A stretch of 64,000 nt of DNA, taken from Prorocentrum cordatum (Eukaryota). The notes under the pieces are model-generated. The model was given only the letters and a program-made list of their open reading frames with translations, was not told the DNA's origin and ran no database searches. Location: contig CAUYUJ010000237.1 in the NCBI GenBank assembly GCA_963575745.1, forward strand, positions 62,001 through 126,000, in the 5' to 3' direction. Shown piece after piece: positions 1-39,200 of this stretch; within the stretch, counting starts at the first letter, position 1; every line of letters starts with the position of its first letter. The translations under genes and the position numbers were made by a program.

Positions 1-290
1 GACGGCCCAAGAGGCCCCCAAGACGGCCCCAAGAGGGCCCCAAAACGGCCCAAGAGGCCTCCAGGACGCCCAAGATGGCCTCTAAGAACCCCTGATCTGC
101 CCCAAGAGGGCCCCAAGACGACCCAGGCAGGCCCCCAAGACGACTTCCGACGGCATCAGACAAGCCAGGAACGTCCTAAGACGGCCACAGAGGCTTCCAA
201 GAAGCCCCCAAAGGCTTCCAAAAACCTTCCAAGAGGCCCCCAGAAAGCTCCCGGGAGGCCCCAAGAGTGCCCCAAGAGGCGCCGAAGATG
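1..290. repeat. Degenerate ~11-bp-period CCAAGA/TCTTGG repeat family
   Basis: CAAGA recurs roughly every 10-12 nt. The same family occurs as TCTTGG at ~1530-2110, ~32590-32890, ~41590-42060 and ~47540-48220. Confidence 0.75.
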
Positions 291-952
291 CCTCCTCCTC
301 TTTTTTTGTTCCTCATCATCCCCCTCCTCTTCTTGCTCCCCCATGCGTCCCCCGAAGTCTTTCCAAACCGTCTCGGGGAACAACTGGCCCGATAGCTTGG
401 CCAAGCTCTGGCCCAGCTGTCGGCCACAGAGGCGCTTCCAAAGGGGCAGGGGGCGGCGGTGATTCGCCGTAGGCGTCTTCGATGTCAGGGTTCGCGTTTT
501 GGGGTTCTGGGCCGATCTCGGCGGGCGGCCAGCCTCTCGGGTTCCAGCTACGGGTCCAGGGATCCTGGCACGGTGGGGTATTTCGGTCCTCGAGGTCTGC
601 CGGGCGTGTGCGACCAGGGTCAGACATGTATTGGAGCGTAGAGAAGACACATTAGAGGGCAGGGAGCAGATTTCAGCAGGGAGCATGAATAATAGAGATT
701 CGAGAATTCAGGGTAGATCGACCCCTGAGGGTATAGAGAGTAAGAGTGGTAATGGCACAATTATATGTATACATACAAGGAAGGAGACGATAGAGAGCGA
801 TATGTCGCGACTTGTGTGATACATCTGATATGCAATCGAAGTGTGGGTGAAGAGGTCTGAATGACAGGGTATAGAGTAGGTATATATGTAGAGAGAGTAC
901 GTTTCAGAGGGGATAGAGCGAAGTTGGGCATAGAGAGAGAGGGAGAGAGCGA

Positions 953-1291
953 TACATACATACATACATACATACATACATACATACATACATACATACA
1001 TACATACATACATACATACACACATACACACATACACACATACACACATACATACATACATACATACATACATACATACATGCATGCATGCATGCATGCA
1101 TGCATACATGCATACACACATACATGCATGCATGCATACATGCATACTTACTTACATACATACATACATACATACAGACAGACATACAAACATACATGCA
1201 TACATACATAATTACACGCATACCTACACGCATACATACACACAAACAGACATACATATGCATACATATATATATATATATATATACATAT
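953..1291. repeat. (TACA)n/(TGCA)n/(TA)n microsatellite block
   Basis: Simple tandem repeats seen directly. Confidence 0.95.
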
Positions 1292-2334
1292 AACCACAAG
1301 ACGGCCGTGGCGCTTCGGGCCATGCACATTGGTCCTTGAAGTTTGGTATGCAGGCGGAATGGCAGGAAGGTCAAGCCGACAAATTAGCGAACGCCGTGTT
1401 ACCTTTTCCGGCATCGCCGTTATAATCATGTTTCTCGTTATCCGTCCTCCATGTTTATGTTTCGTCATTCTCCCCATACGCTGCGCATTCTCCCCATCCT
1501 CCTCAGCTCTTTTTGCGGAAGCTCCTCCTTGGAGAGCCTCTGGTGGCTTCCAAAAATGTTACAGGCTTCCTTGAGGCCTTCTGCAGGCCTCCTGGGCGTC
1601 TTCTGGGGGCCTCTGGGGGCGTCCTCGGGCCACCTTGCCTCAAACCGCGGTCTCTCTGAACGACCAGGCCACGATTTGGAATGCTTCGGAGAATGTCTTA
1701 GGGCCATCTTGGGCCGTCATTGGGCTCTCTTAGGCCATCTTGGAACCCTGTTGTGCCGTCTTTGGGCTCTCTTGGACGGCTTCGGACGCCCAGAAGACCG
1801 CCGTCTTAGAGCGTCGGGAAGCCGAAAAGAGGAAAACCCAACAAAAATCACCAACGACCAATTGAAAATCAATGAATAGTGCCTCTTGGGGCATTCTTGG
1901 GAGTGCTCTCGGAGGCCTTTTGGGACGTTTTGGAGCGATTTTTGGGGGTATGACGGCCTCTTTGGGGTCGTCGTGGACCGTCTTGGGGCTCTTTGAGGCT
2001 GTTTCGGCAGCGCGCCGCGCCAGAACGCCTGGAGCCTTCTGGGGCCGTCTTCGGGCTATCGTGAGGTTCTCTCGGGTCGTCCAGAGGGTTGCCCGAGAGG
2101 CCCGGGGTGGCCCAAATTCGGTAGGGGGGCGGGGGCGCTTTTTCCGGTGTCCCCGGCCCTATACAAATAGATGAGACTATATATATATATGGAAAGAGAG
2201 AGAGAGAGAGAGAGGGAAAGAGAGAGAGAGAGATAATGACATACATAAAGAGAGGGAGAGAGAGAGAGAGAGAGACACTCACATGATACATGTTCACTTG
2301 CATCGATGCAGATTGTACACATGTACGTAACAGC

Positions 2335-3240
2335 ATATACCTATACGACCACCCTTCGGGTGGTAAGGAGGTTGTTGGGGGGGAGGGAGGGTGGGGAACC
2401 AACATTTCATTCAACGGAACACCACGGGACACCACGGGGCACTTGTCGATCTCACTATCGCTCTCACTCAACGGGACACTACGGGACACCACGGGACACC
2501 ACGGGACACCGCGGGACACCGCGAGCCACCGCTGGGCGGGCGGTCCCACCATCGGTCTCACAGTCGATCTCACTACCGATCTCACTCAACGGGACACCAT
2601 AAGACACCACGGGACACCTCGGGGCACCACATCGATCTCACTTTCAATTTCACTATCGATCTCACTGTCGATCTCATTCAACGAGACACCACGGGACACC
2701 ACGGGACATCTGTCGATCTCACTATCGATCTCACTTTTTGAGACACCGCGGGACACCTCGGGGCACCGCATCGATCTCACTACCGATTTCACTATAGATC
2801 TCACTATCGATCTCACTATCGATCTCACGATCGATCTCACTCAACGGGACACCACGGGACACCACGGGACAACACGGGACACCGCGGGACACCGCGAGCC
2901 ACCGCCGGACGGGTGGACGGGGGAGAATCATTTGTCTTGACTTCGCCCTAGCAACGGCGGGCACCACGGGACACCGCGAGCCACCGGCGGACGGGCGAAA
3001 GGGAGGGGGACAATCATTTGTCGTGACTTCGCCCTAGCAACGGCGGACACCACGGGACACCGCGAGCCACCAGCGGACGGGCGGGAGGGAGGGGGACAAT
3101 CATTTGTCTTGACGTCGTCCTAGCGACGGCGGGTTCATTCCTCTCGCGCGCCCACGCAGCGTCGCCTCGTCCGCACGCACGACACGAACGAAACGAAACG
3201 AAACGATTTCCCGGTTCGGGGCCTCCGTTCCACAGCGATC
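2335..3240. mobile_element. Hairpin-headed interspersed element containing ACGGGACACC (10-mer) and ATCGATCTCACT (12-mer) tandem arrays
   Basis: Begins CATACCTATACGACCACCCTTCGGGTGGTAAG...GGAACCAAC. The same head and 12-mer array recur at ~36667-36990. Right boundary is approximate. Confidence 0.6.
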
Positions 3241-3550
3241 TCACCCCCTAACCTCCGACACGTTTAGAGCAGATGTGCCCTAATAGAGCGCAGGGCGAGG
3301 TGGGAGGGCACATCACGCAAACAGAGAATGTGCGCATACATGTAAAGGTATAGCGCTAGATTCAAGCGAGAGAGAGAGAGAGTGAGGGAGAGAGAGCGAG
3401 AGAGATGGAGAGAGAGAGAGAGAGAGAGGGCGAGAGAGAGAAAGAGAGAGAGGGAGGGACAGCCTGAAAACGAGAGAGAGAGAGAGGGCGGTCCTGGAGT
3501 GCCTGCGCAGATTGCAGGCGTGGCGCAGGTTTTTCCTTTGCCCTCCGCAG

Positions 3551-29584
<26,034 letters not shown>

Positions 29585-30056
29585 GCGGGGGCGACTTTTC
29601 CCGGGTCGGACGAGAGTGCCGGGGGCATCAGAGGGGAAAGGGCACCGATACCGTTGCTAGTCCTGGAGAGCCCTAGTCGCCACGGCTGGAGCCGTCTCGA
29701 GATCCTGGTCAGAACGCACCCCGGGAGGGGTCCGTGGAGTAGTGATGTGGGTGCGTTTTTTCCAGGCGATCGCAAACATGGATCAAGGGGGAACACGCCT
29801 CCCGCGATCCATGGATCTGGCGACCGCGCGCCACGTCCATGGATCGCGAGTCCAGGTTTGCGCGCCCCCGCGGGCTTGTTTCTCCAGCCAGTGCGGGGGC
29901 AGGGAGAGAGGGGCGTCCAAAGCTGCTGCGTGCAGCTGGTTTCGGCCCCGCCGCCGTGCGCGCTCCTCGGCGCAGGGGCGCCGGAAGGCACAGAGAGGCG
30001 CCGACAGGAACCAGCTACGTGAGCTGGCTCGCCAACCATATGTTTTGATACCCTCG

Positions 30057-30221
30057 GATCGGGCATGGCCCTCTATAGGAGGAGTACTCAAGCATAGAAG
30101 AAGATCAAATAATATGGGGGCGTTTTTTATTTGTTATGATTTCTGACTACTTCGGAGAATGGTTTGGCTCTTTTTCATCTGTATTCCAACATCCGCCTGT
30201 AGGAGGACGTGCCCGACCTAA
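30057..30221. mobile_element. MITE family B copy
   Basis: ATCGGGCATGGCC... / ...ATCCGCCTGTAGGAGGACGTGCCCGACCTAA. Confidence 0.7.
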
Positions 30222-30691
30222 TGTTACCCCCACTTTCGTCCGACTCGACTGTCGCCAGGAGCCAAAGGGGTCTCTCCAATGATCGATCTTTCTGTGAGCT
30301 TGTCCGCATGGCTGGGCATCCAAGAGGATCCTCGTCGCAACGGCTGAATTTCCCCTCGATCTCCTGCTCAACACGTCGATTTCTCCTGTCCGCCATGAAG
30401 AAGAGGCGCCCCTCGCAAGGAGCGTCCTGGGCCATGCGTCTATGGGCCGACCTCTCTTGGAGCCCCTCTGGCTCGTGGTGCTCTTCCCGGGGCCAGCGCG
30501 AGCACCGAGCGAGCTGGGGAGAAATGAGACAGGCCGTGCCTCCGCGTGCAGCGCCCTCCTCGGCTTCGCGCAGGAGTGACCCTGCGCCAGGGTGGCCTCG
30601 AGTGCGGGCCCACAGGGGTCGAACCGCCTGCGAGTGCAGCCACTGGAGCCTTCGGTGGAGCTCCTTATGGGGCCACGAAGCGCTGTACTGG

Positions 30692-31750
30692 GTGCGTGAC
30701 AGCACATGGGATCCTGATGCCCCAAAGCGGGACAAGCGTGACAACACTTGGGCTCCTAACGCCCCAGAGCGGGACAAGCGGGACAACACGTGGGCTCCTA
30801 ACGAACCCAGAGCGAGGCAAGCGTGAAAACAAGTGGGCTCCTAACGCCCCAGAGCGGGACAGGCGTGACAACACGTGGGCTCCGAACGCCCCAGAACGGG
30901 AGAAGCGCGACAACACGTGAGTTCCCAACGCCCTAGTGCAGGACAAGCGTGAAGACACGTGGTTCCCAACGCCCCAGAGCGGGACAAGCGTAAATACAGT
31001 TGGCCCCAAACGCCCCAGAGCGGAATAAGCGTGACAACACGTGGGCTCCTAGCGCCCCAGAGCGGGACAAGCGGGAAATCATGTGGGTCTTTGACGCCCC
31101 AGAGCGGGACAAGCGGGAACGCATTTGGGCTCCTAATGCCCCAGAGCGGGAGAAGCGTGAAAACACGTATTTAAGTTCTTAACGCCCCAGAGCGGGAGAA
31201 GCGTGACAACACGTGGGCTCTTAACGCCCCAGAGCGGGACAAGCGCGAACACACGTGGGCCCCTAACGCCCCAGTGCGGGACAAGCGTGAAAACATGTGG
31301 GTCTCTGACGCCCCAGAGCGGGACAAGCGGGACAACATTTGGGTTCCTGACGCCCCAGAACAGGGCAAACGTGAAGGCATTGGGGTTCCTACCCAGAACG
31401 GGACAAGCGTGACAACACGTGGGTTCCTAACGGCCCAGAGTGGGGCAAGCGTGAAGGCACTCGGGTCCGTAACGCCCCAGAGCGGGACAAGCGGGACAAA
31501 ACGTGAGTTGCTTGACGACCTTGAGCGGGAGAAGCGTGACAACACGTGGGCCCCTAACGCCCCAGTGCGGGACAAGCGTGAAAACATGTGGGTCTTTGAC
31601 GCCCCAGAGCGGGACAGGCGTGACAACACGTGGGTTCCTAACGCCCCAGAGCGGGCGGGATAAGCGTGAACGTAGTTGGGTTCCGACCGCCCCAGAGCGG
31701 GGCAAGCGTGACAACACGTGGGCTCCCAACGACTCAGAGCGGGGCAAGCT
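30692..31750 (+). repeat. ~42-bp minisatellite, roughly 25 units
   Basis: AACGCCCCAGAGCGGGACAAGCGTGACAACACGTGGGCTCCT repeated with divergence. Confidence 0.92.
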
Positions 31751-34059
31751 TCGGGCGCACACAGCACCAGCATTAATCGGGCATGGAGGTTGCATGGTGG
31801 ATTTTGTTGGACAGATTCCCACGGGCATTCCACACCTTATGCGTTGTTCTACAAGCTAGGGTGGCTTGACGTGACTGGACCCGCCATCGTTGTCTATGTG
31901 GGCGTCAAAGCATGTTGGGCGCGTTGTTCCTATTGGAGTTGGGCGCTTGCGTTCTCTTTGCTGCGGCGCGCGATCCGTCCTCCTGTCGCTTCTCTCCACG
32001 CTTCATTGTTCGTTCCTCCTCCGTTGGGCTGGCTCGCCCCTTTTTCGCAATTTCGCGCTTGCGGCCCGCCTGACTGCGCCGCCAGATGTGGCGACCTCGC
32101 GCGCCCGCTGGATTAATCTGCACCGCCGACCACGCATTTCGCTCCCGAGGATGGTGGCCCAGCTTGGCTTTCTAGCCGTGGTAGGCAGGTTCGCGTGCGA
32201 TCCGCTTGTCGCGCGTTCCGCATTGCAGTGCGCGCCCGTCGTCCATGATTCCCTCTCTCATCATAGATTTTGTGCCCCTCAAGCGAAATCGGCTGCTGCT
32301 TTCGCGGGGGCCAGCGCGGTAGCCCTTTGCATTGGAAAAGGCGCGCCCCAGTCGCGTTTGCTTCCCAAGCTGGGCCCCCACCGCGGCCGTAGTGGGGGCA
32401 ATTGCACGCATGTCGTTTTCACATTCACGTCCGTCGCTGAAGGTCTTCGTGCCCAATGGACCCGCTGCGCGGCTCCGTAGGGGGCGTTCGCAGGCGGCCG
32501 CCCTCGTTGCCCCGGCGCACCCGGCAAGTTTTGCACCTCGCAGGCATCCATTCAGTGCGCGGGTTCGCCCGCGGCTCACGGGTCTGATCCGCGTTCCTGG
32601 GCCCTTCCTAGGGCTCTCTTGGGCCAGCTTGGAGTCATCTTGAGGCTTCATCATCACCCCATTGGAAGCGAAAGAGTGGGAAGGCTAACAACATTCAAAA
32701 CGACACGTGCGTGAAGGATTTTGGCCTCGTGGGGGCCTCTTTGGGAGGGTCCAAGGCCATTTCGATTCGTCTTGGAACGGTTTTGGGGCCTATTGGAAGC
32801 ATGTCGGAGGTCACCTTGAACCATCTTGGGCTCCCAAGTGCCATCTTGAAGGCAATCCTGGGCGATGTGCAACCGTCTAGGGGCCATCCGAGGCCAACAG
32901 GGATTCCCTCACACCTCGCGCCCCCTCCTCCAGACCAGTGGGGAGGGGGTAAGGGGCCGGGGCACACGCCGCCCCGAAAAGAAAGATGGGGGTTAGAAGA
33001 ACGAGCTCGTTGAACCACTTACGCCTAAAGGGCTGGTGGGATTTACGAGGGGTGCTGGCTTCGGGAGCGCGAGTGCGTCGTACTTTACGGGGTGCCGCGG
33101 CCTCGAGAGCGCGGGTCTGTCGTATTTTTGCGTGCCCCAGGACCCCCCCAGAAATGCAGGCAACGCGATTCCGAGGCGGTGAATCAAACGTTTCTGCATA
33201 ATGCGTTCGCGCGCGCAGCATCAGTTTGCAAGTAGGGCCAGCTGCCAGAAACCAGGCCGTGGGAAGTTCGAACTGTTACAGGCTGCGGGAAAGCCTCGGC
33301 CTCGTAGCTTGTTGGCCCCCAATGGGGCCGGCGGATTTTGAGTCCTCGGTCTGAGTAGGAGGAGCCCCACCTTCTGATGCAAGGGGCCGGGGCGCCGCCC
33401 GCGCCCCGGCGGCATAAAGCGGACCCGCGGCGTTGGCAAAGACGCCGCGGGCGCTCCTCCCTAAGGCGCCTTGAGATACAGGCAGCTGTTTTCGCACCCT
33501 CATCACCGATCTCGCACCCCCAGGGGCGCGAAGATAATCGCGCATCGCGTATCGCGGCCTGCGCGGGGGGGCTGCCTCTTTCCAAGTGGGCGGCGCGAGG
33601 GCGTGAATAACTCGAGGCGGCATGGACAGCCGCGGAGCGGCATGAAAAAGTGCGCGGCACACGTTCCAGGTGGCGTGGCGACCACGAAATCATGTGTATG
33701 GCAGAAATGCGCGGCGATTTACGCCCCACGGCCGCACGTCTCTCGGCGAGTGGGATTGTCACGGGCGACCGTGCAGGGAGCGGCGCCCCAAGGAGGACAT
33801 CCTGCTCCTCCTCCTGCTCCTCCTCCTCCTCCTCCTCCCTCCTCCTCCTCCTCCTCCTCCTCTCTCTCTCTCTCTCTTTTTCTCTTTCCCTCTCTCTCTG
33901 CCTGCCCCAACCTAGGTGCTCCCATGGTACAGCCGCGAGGGGTCTTGTGATGCGGGCGGGGGGATGAGGACAGTGGAGGCGCAGGAAGGGAGGAGGACGA
34001 GGAGGAGGAGACGGAGTGGCCCCGCAGCGGCGTCCTGGGGTCGCTGGCCAGAGGCTCGG

Positions 34060-34410
34060 GCAGCTTGCGTCGGTGACCTCTTGGGGCCCCCAAGCGGCCT
34101 CCCGAGGTCACCGGTCGGAGGTGCCCACGGCTCGCGTCGGTGATCTTCTGGGCCTCCTATAGCGGCCTGGTGGGGTCACCGGTCGGAGGTCCCCACAGCT
34201 TCCGTCGGTGACCTTCTGGGGCCCCCTAAGCGGCCTCTTCGGGTCACCAGCTGGAGGTTCCCGCAGCCTGCGTCAGTGACCTTTTGGGGCACCCAAGCGG
34301 CCTCCCGAGATCACCGGCTGGAGGTTCCCACAGCGTGCGTCGGTGACCAGGGGGGGCCCCCCAGCGGCGCCCTGAGGTCAGAGGTTCCCGCAGCGTGCGT
34401 CGGTGACGCT
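34060..34410 (+). repeat. ~65-bp tandem repeat with internal GGTGACC/GGTCACC inverted pair
   Basis: GCGTCGGTGACCTT.TGGGG..CCAAGCGGCCTC...GGTCACCGG..GGAGGT.CCC repeated about 5 times. Confidence 0.85.
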
Positions 34411-36185
34411 AAGGGGGTGGGAGGGGGAGGGGGAGGTGGAGGAGGACGGAGGGGGTAAAGGGGGATCGGGGCTAGAAGGAGAGGAGGGGAGGAGGAGAAA
34501 CATGTCTACCATAGCTGAGCGGTTGATGAAGATGGGGGCGAGGGAGCGGGATGATCATATGGATGACGATGACGACCTGGAGGCAAGCAGGAACAGGAGT
34601 GGCACGATGGCTCAGACTTTTCGCCAATCGCTACACGTGGCGGCCTATCGCCGCTAATTGCCGCGATCTACCACTATTTGCTTCTCAACCGCCACCATTT
34701 TGATATCAACAAGCTTCCATATAAAAGGGAACCGAAGGTATAATGCTGTAGCCACGTGTTGCTTCTTTGCTTGAGGGTCTCGACCGCACTGAACTTTTCG
34801 CAGCTGCATTCCTGGGTGCTTGTGATGGAATATCAATGCCCTTTGGGAGGATTGCTGTGTAGTTTTGGCTCGAATATTAGAGGCCCCCAAGACGGCTCGA
34901 AAACTGCCCCCAAATACCCCCAAGACCGCATCTCCAACATGCATCCGAGTGGCTCCAACACCTCCCAAAGTCGGCTGCTGGTGGATGGGCAGCTCGTCAA
35001 TGGTGCCCCCCGAGAAGCCGAAGCCCTGCTGGTGCGACCCGGAGGGGTTGTCTGGCCTTTGTTGCGCCGTGATTTGGCCCCAGGTGCGTGGCCAGAAGTG
35101 TGGGGGGGGGGCTTTCGCGTGTACTATGGTGCCAGACTCGGGCACACCTCTTTTTTGTTCTGCTGCTCTTCCGGTCCTCGGGCGGACCCAGGGAAGCGCC
35201 AGGAGCTTTAGAAGAAGCCTCCAGGACTCCCCTTGACGTCGCCGGGATCCCGAAATTTAAGTGCCGCAGGTACCACTACGAACCCCGCAAGAGTTTTAGA
35301 TTATCTATTTGCGATGCGAATTCTTTGGGCGCGGCTAGAACCTAAGCGCGCACAAAGCGCGCGCGGTTCTAGTAGAAGGATGTCCCGCATCGGTCAACAG
35401 GCCTTTCCGACTTTGTGTGTATGTATTCTGTGTCGTCCAGTGGGCTCGAGGGAGCCCGCGCGCCTTATACATGCGTATGGATTGCGGATGTGCCTCCCTC
35501 TGCGTGCATTTCCGAGTTCTAGGAGCGGGGCATGTCTGTTGGGCAGGGGCCAGACTGCGGCTTCGCGCCCTCGGAAGGGTGCGGTGCTCAAGCGCGGAAT
35601 CGTGCGAGTAGGTGCTCTTGGCCCGACGTGGGATGTGGTTGCAGTGTAGCGTTTGGCCAGCCATTGCCAGTACCAGTTGGAGAGGAGGAGGAAGAGGAGG
35701 AGACGCAGGAGGAGGAGGAGGAGGAGGAGGAGGAGGAGCCAGGCACAACAGTCGTCATCACCGAATGTCGTTGCAAAGCGAAGATGGAGGAGGCGAAGGC
35801 GGCGGCGGAAGAAGAGGAGGAGGAGGAGGAGGAGGCGGATGATAAGGGAGACGGTGATGAGGGTGATGACGATGACGATGAGGAGGAGGAGAAGGAGGAG
35901 GAGGAGGAGGAGGAGGAGGAGGAGGAAGAAGAGGAGGAGGCGGATGATGAGGAGGAGGAAGGGTAGGATGTGGTAGAGGAGGGGGATGGACAGCAGGATC
36001 AGGGAACATAAGGTGTATGCGGATGAGGATGAAGCAGGTGTAGGAGGAAGATGAGGGACAGCAGGATGGGGGGCATGAGGACGAGGTTGACGGCGAAGGC
36101 GAAGAGGAGGAGGAGGAGGAGGAGGAGGAGGAGGAGGAGGAGGAGGAGGACGACCACGACCACGACAACGGGCAGCCTGCGGCAG

Positions 36186-36257
36186 GCTGCCGCCCGAGTG
36201 GCGCGAGGCGCGCACGGCCATGATGCGCAACCTGCCCAACAAGTACACCCAGCAGAT
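36186..36257 (+). CDS. Mei2-like exon LPPEWREARTAMMRNLPNKYTQQ
   Basis: Matches the TxM+RN+PNKYT motif; inferred GC donor. Confidence 0.88.
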
Positions 36258-39200
36258 GCTGCCCGGCCCTCGGGGCGGCGCTTTCCTTTGGCCGCCGGCC
36301 CACGCGCCGTCGGGGGGAGGCCCACGGCCAGCGGGCCGCGGGCCGGGACGGCCCTCCGCCCTCCTCTCCCTCCTCCCCCTCCTCCCCTCCTCCCCCTCCT
36401 CCCCCCCCTCCTCCCCCTCCTCCCATCCCCCCCCCCCCCCCTCGTCCCCATCCTCCCCATCCCCCCCCCCTCGTCCCCATCTCCCATCCCCCCTCCCTCT
36501 CCTCCCGCTCTTCGCCCTCCTCCCCCTCCGCCCTCCTCCCTCCACGGCCTCCGTACCCGTTTTGGCTCAAGATGTTTATCGCCCGTGGCAGAGCACGGAG
36601 ACCCCTGGTCCAGGGACAGCTTCGGACTGCAGCTTTCGCCTTCCTCGCGCCCGCGTGGCTGTGCTTCATACCTAAACGACCACCCTTCGGGTGATAAGCA
36701 GGTTGGGGGGAGGAAAGAACCAACTGATGGCAACTGCGACGGTTGTGATGATGACGATGCTGGTGATAAGCCCTCGAGTTGGCGACGTCGCGAGATCACA
36801 ATGCTGCGTCGTGATGTGATCTCAGTGTCAATCTCTCTATATCGATCTCACTTTCAATCTCACTATCGATCCCACTCGATCGGCCTCACCATCGATCTCG
36901 CTACCGATCTCACTCAATCGATCTCACGATCGACCTCATGGCCAATCTCACTACTCCACCAAACACCACCGGGACACCATCGACGCACCGCCTTGACACC
37001 GTCGAGGCACCACCAGGCAATGAGGCCAGACAAATACCATCACTATTGTGCTGAGATGGTTGGTGCTGAGTGTGATGTATGGTTGCTTATGGTAAGGTGA
37101 TGACCGCGGTGGTAATGAGCGTGGTGGTGGCAGCAACGGCGGTGGTGTTGAGAGTACGATCGGAACACCATCGGAATACCATCGTGCCAAATAAATGCCA
37201 CCACCACTGCGCTGCGATGGTTGATTGCCGAGCGTCGTGGTTTCATGCTGGTGGTTACGTGGTGATTTTTCTGCGCTCGCTCCACTGCCTCCAAGTGAAC
37301 TCCGCGCTGGTGGCCCGAGCTGGCGGCGGCGCCCAAGGCAAGCTCAGGGCCTGGTGCCGTGGGCGCCTGCGTGCCGCCGAGCCACGAGAGCCACGAGAGC
37401 CACGCAGACCGGCCAGCTCAGACGACCAGCAGACGCCCACAGGTATGGATGGCGCCCTGCTTACACGGGCAGAGCACGGCGCGGCCAGCCAGCGGCCCCG
37501 AGCCGGGTGCAGGCGGTGCACACTTGCGTCGCCGAGGTGCTCGCAAACCGCCTGCAGTGGCAGACCCTGGTGCAGGAGTGCAGGAGTCACGCCCCTCGTG
37601 GCAAGTACACGCAGTGGACATCATTGCTGTCCATGTGGATTCTGTGGTCCGCGCCTTCGGGCCCACACGGTGAAACCGCCCACGTCCCAAGCGCCACCGA
37701 GCGAGTGAAGGGGGTGATCGTTGTGCGAATGCCCAAATCCATGGCGACGCACAGGACGACCAGCTCGTCGGCGTATTCTCTGCTGGCCGACCTGGACCCA
37801 GCCGGCGTGCATCTCCTCCGTGCGCGCGGGGCCTCGACCGGCCAAGCCGTGCATAGTCGGCCTTGGGTAGCATCGCGGCGGCCGCGTTTGGAGGGCCTCC
37901 GCCACCCGGTTCGGTGGAGCAGGGCGCACGCTGCCATCGATCGATTCTTGCACGCCCTTGGCCACGAGCTCGCTCGCGGACTTCCGCACCGCGCAGGGGC
38001 CTGGCAGGGCCTGGGCCAAACATGTGCGGCGCGCACTCGACCGGACCAGCTGCCAGTCACAACCAGAAGCACGCACTCGTCGTGAACCCCGCAGCCTGTC
38101 AGAGGTCCCGTGCATGCGGGTCGAAGTTGAGCTCGCTCCGCGCGCGCTGCGAATACCGCGTCGGCACCTCGCCTCCCCCAGCGCCTCTGCATCCGCGCCC
38201 AGGACGTTCCATCGAACATGGCGGCGGAACCGCTCACTGGAGCTGTTGGCACGCAGTTTTTGGCCCGGCGCAGCGTCGGACCCCCTTGGCGGGCGCGCCC
38301 TTCTTCTCCGCGCGAAGCGATGCCACAAAGCTCCATAGCCCGCCAGCTTTGCGACCCGACTGTTGCTCGCAGTACCGCGTCGCACTGTCAGAGACTGGCG
38401 CCACGCCCGCCGCGGACGCATCGCTATCACGTCGGTGATCTCCGCGTCTGTCGGGCCCTGGCCCTCTTGCGCCAGAGTCCGCGCTTGCAGCTTGCAGGTG
38501 CCTCTCGTGCTCTGCCAACAGCGCCTCATGCGAGGTGCCACGCCGCTCCAACTGCTTGAGGAACATGGAATCCGCCCACCGTTCGATTCGGCTCTCGCAG
38601 AGAACTCACGGGTCCAGCGCGCTGCGAGAAAATCGGCCAATGTCGCAGGCCTAGAGGTTGACACCAACACCAACTTCGTCGGTGTGCATCCACCGAGGGA
38701 AGAAGATCCCGATCCCGGTGATGGTGGTAATATTCTGGTTTCCAAGGTGGCCCAAATATTACCACCAACACCGAAATCCAGGATCATCTTCCCCTTGTGG
38801 AGGACCCCCCCCCCTTGTGTTGGTGTTGGTGCCCCTTTCCAGGCCTCCAACAATGGAGGCAGCTGGCGGAGCGCCATGCGGCTCCAGCTCGCTGCTCGCG
38901 GCTCGCGCGCCCGCGCCGCAAGAAAGCGAGCCCGAGCTCGGCGCGCGCCCGCCGCACTCGGCTCGACGGAGACGCTGCGTTCCCCGTGCGCTGCGCTGCC
39001 CCGCGACCTGTGGACGGTGAGGGCCCAGGAGGGAACAAAAACACACAGACACAATTAATCGTCGATCCCCCAGAATGTGGGAAACTATGGGAATTGGGGG
39101 GAATTGAAAAACCCAGAGACATGGGAAAAGATGGGGAATCCTCTTATTTGTGTGTGCATTTACTTGTGTGTCCCAGGGCCCCTTCAAGAGCCCAAGCCGA

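Noticed and set aside
30692..31750. CRISPR-like array or repeat-protein ORFs (WAPNAPERDKRDNT)
   Set aside because: Contiguous 42-bp minisatellite without spacers; indels break the frames.
34502..35090. Possible upstream exons of the Mei2-like gene (MSTIAERLMKMG...; ..PEKPKPCWCDPE)
   Set aside because: No motif or phase evidence links them to the gene; cannot be supported without transcripts.
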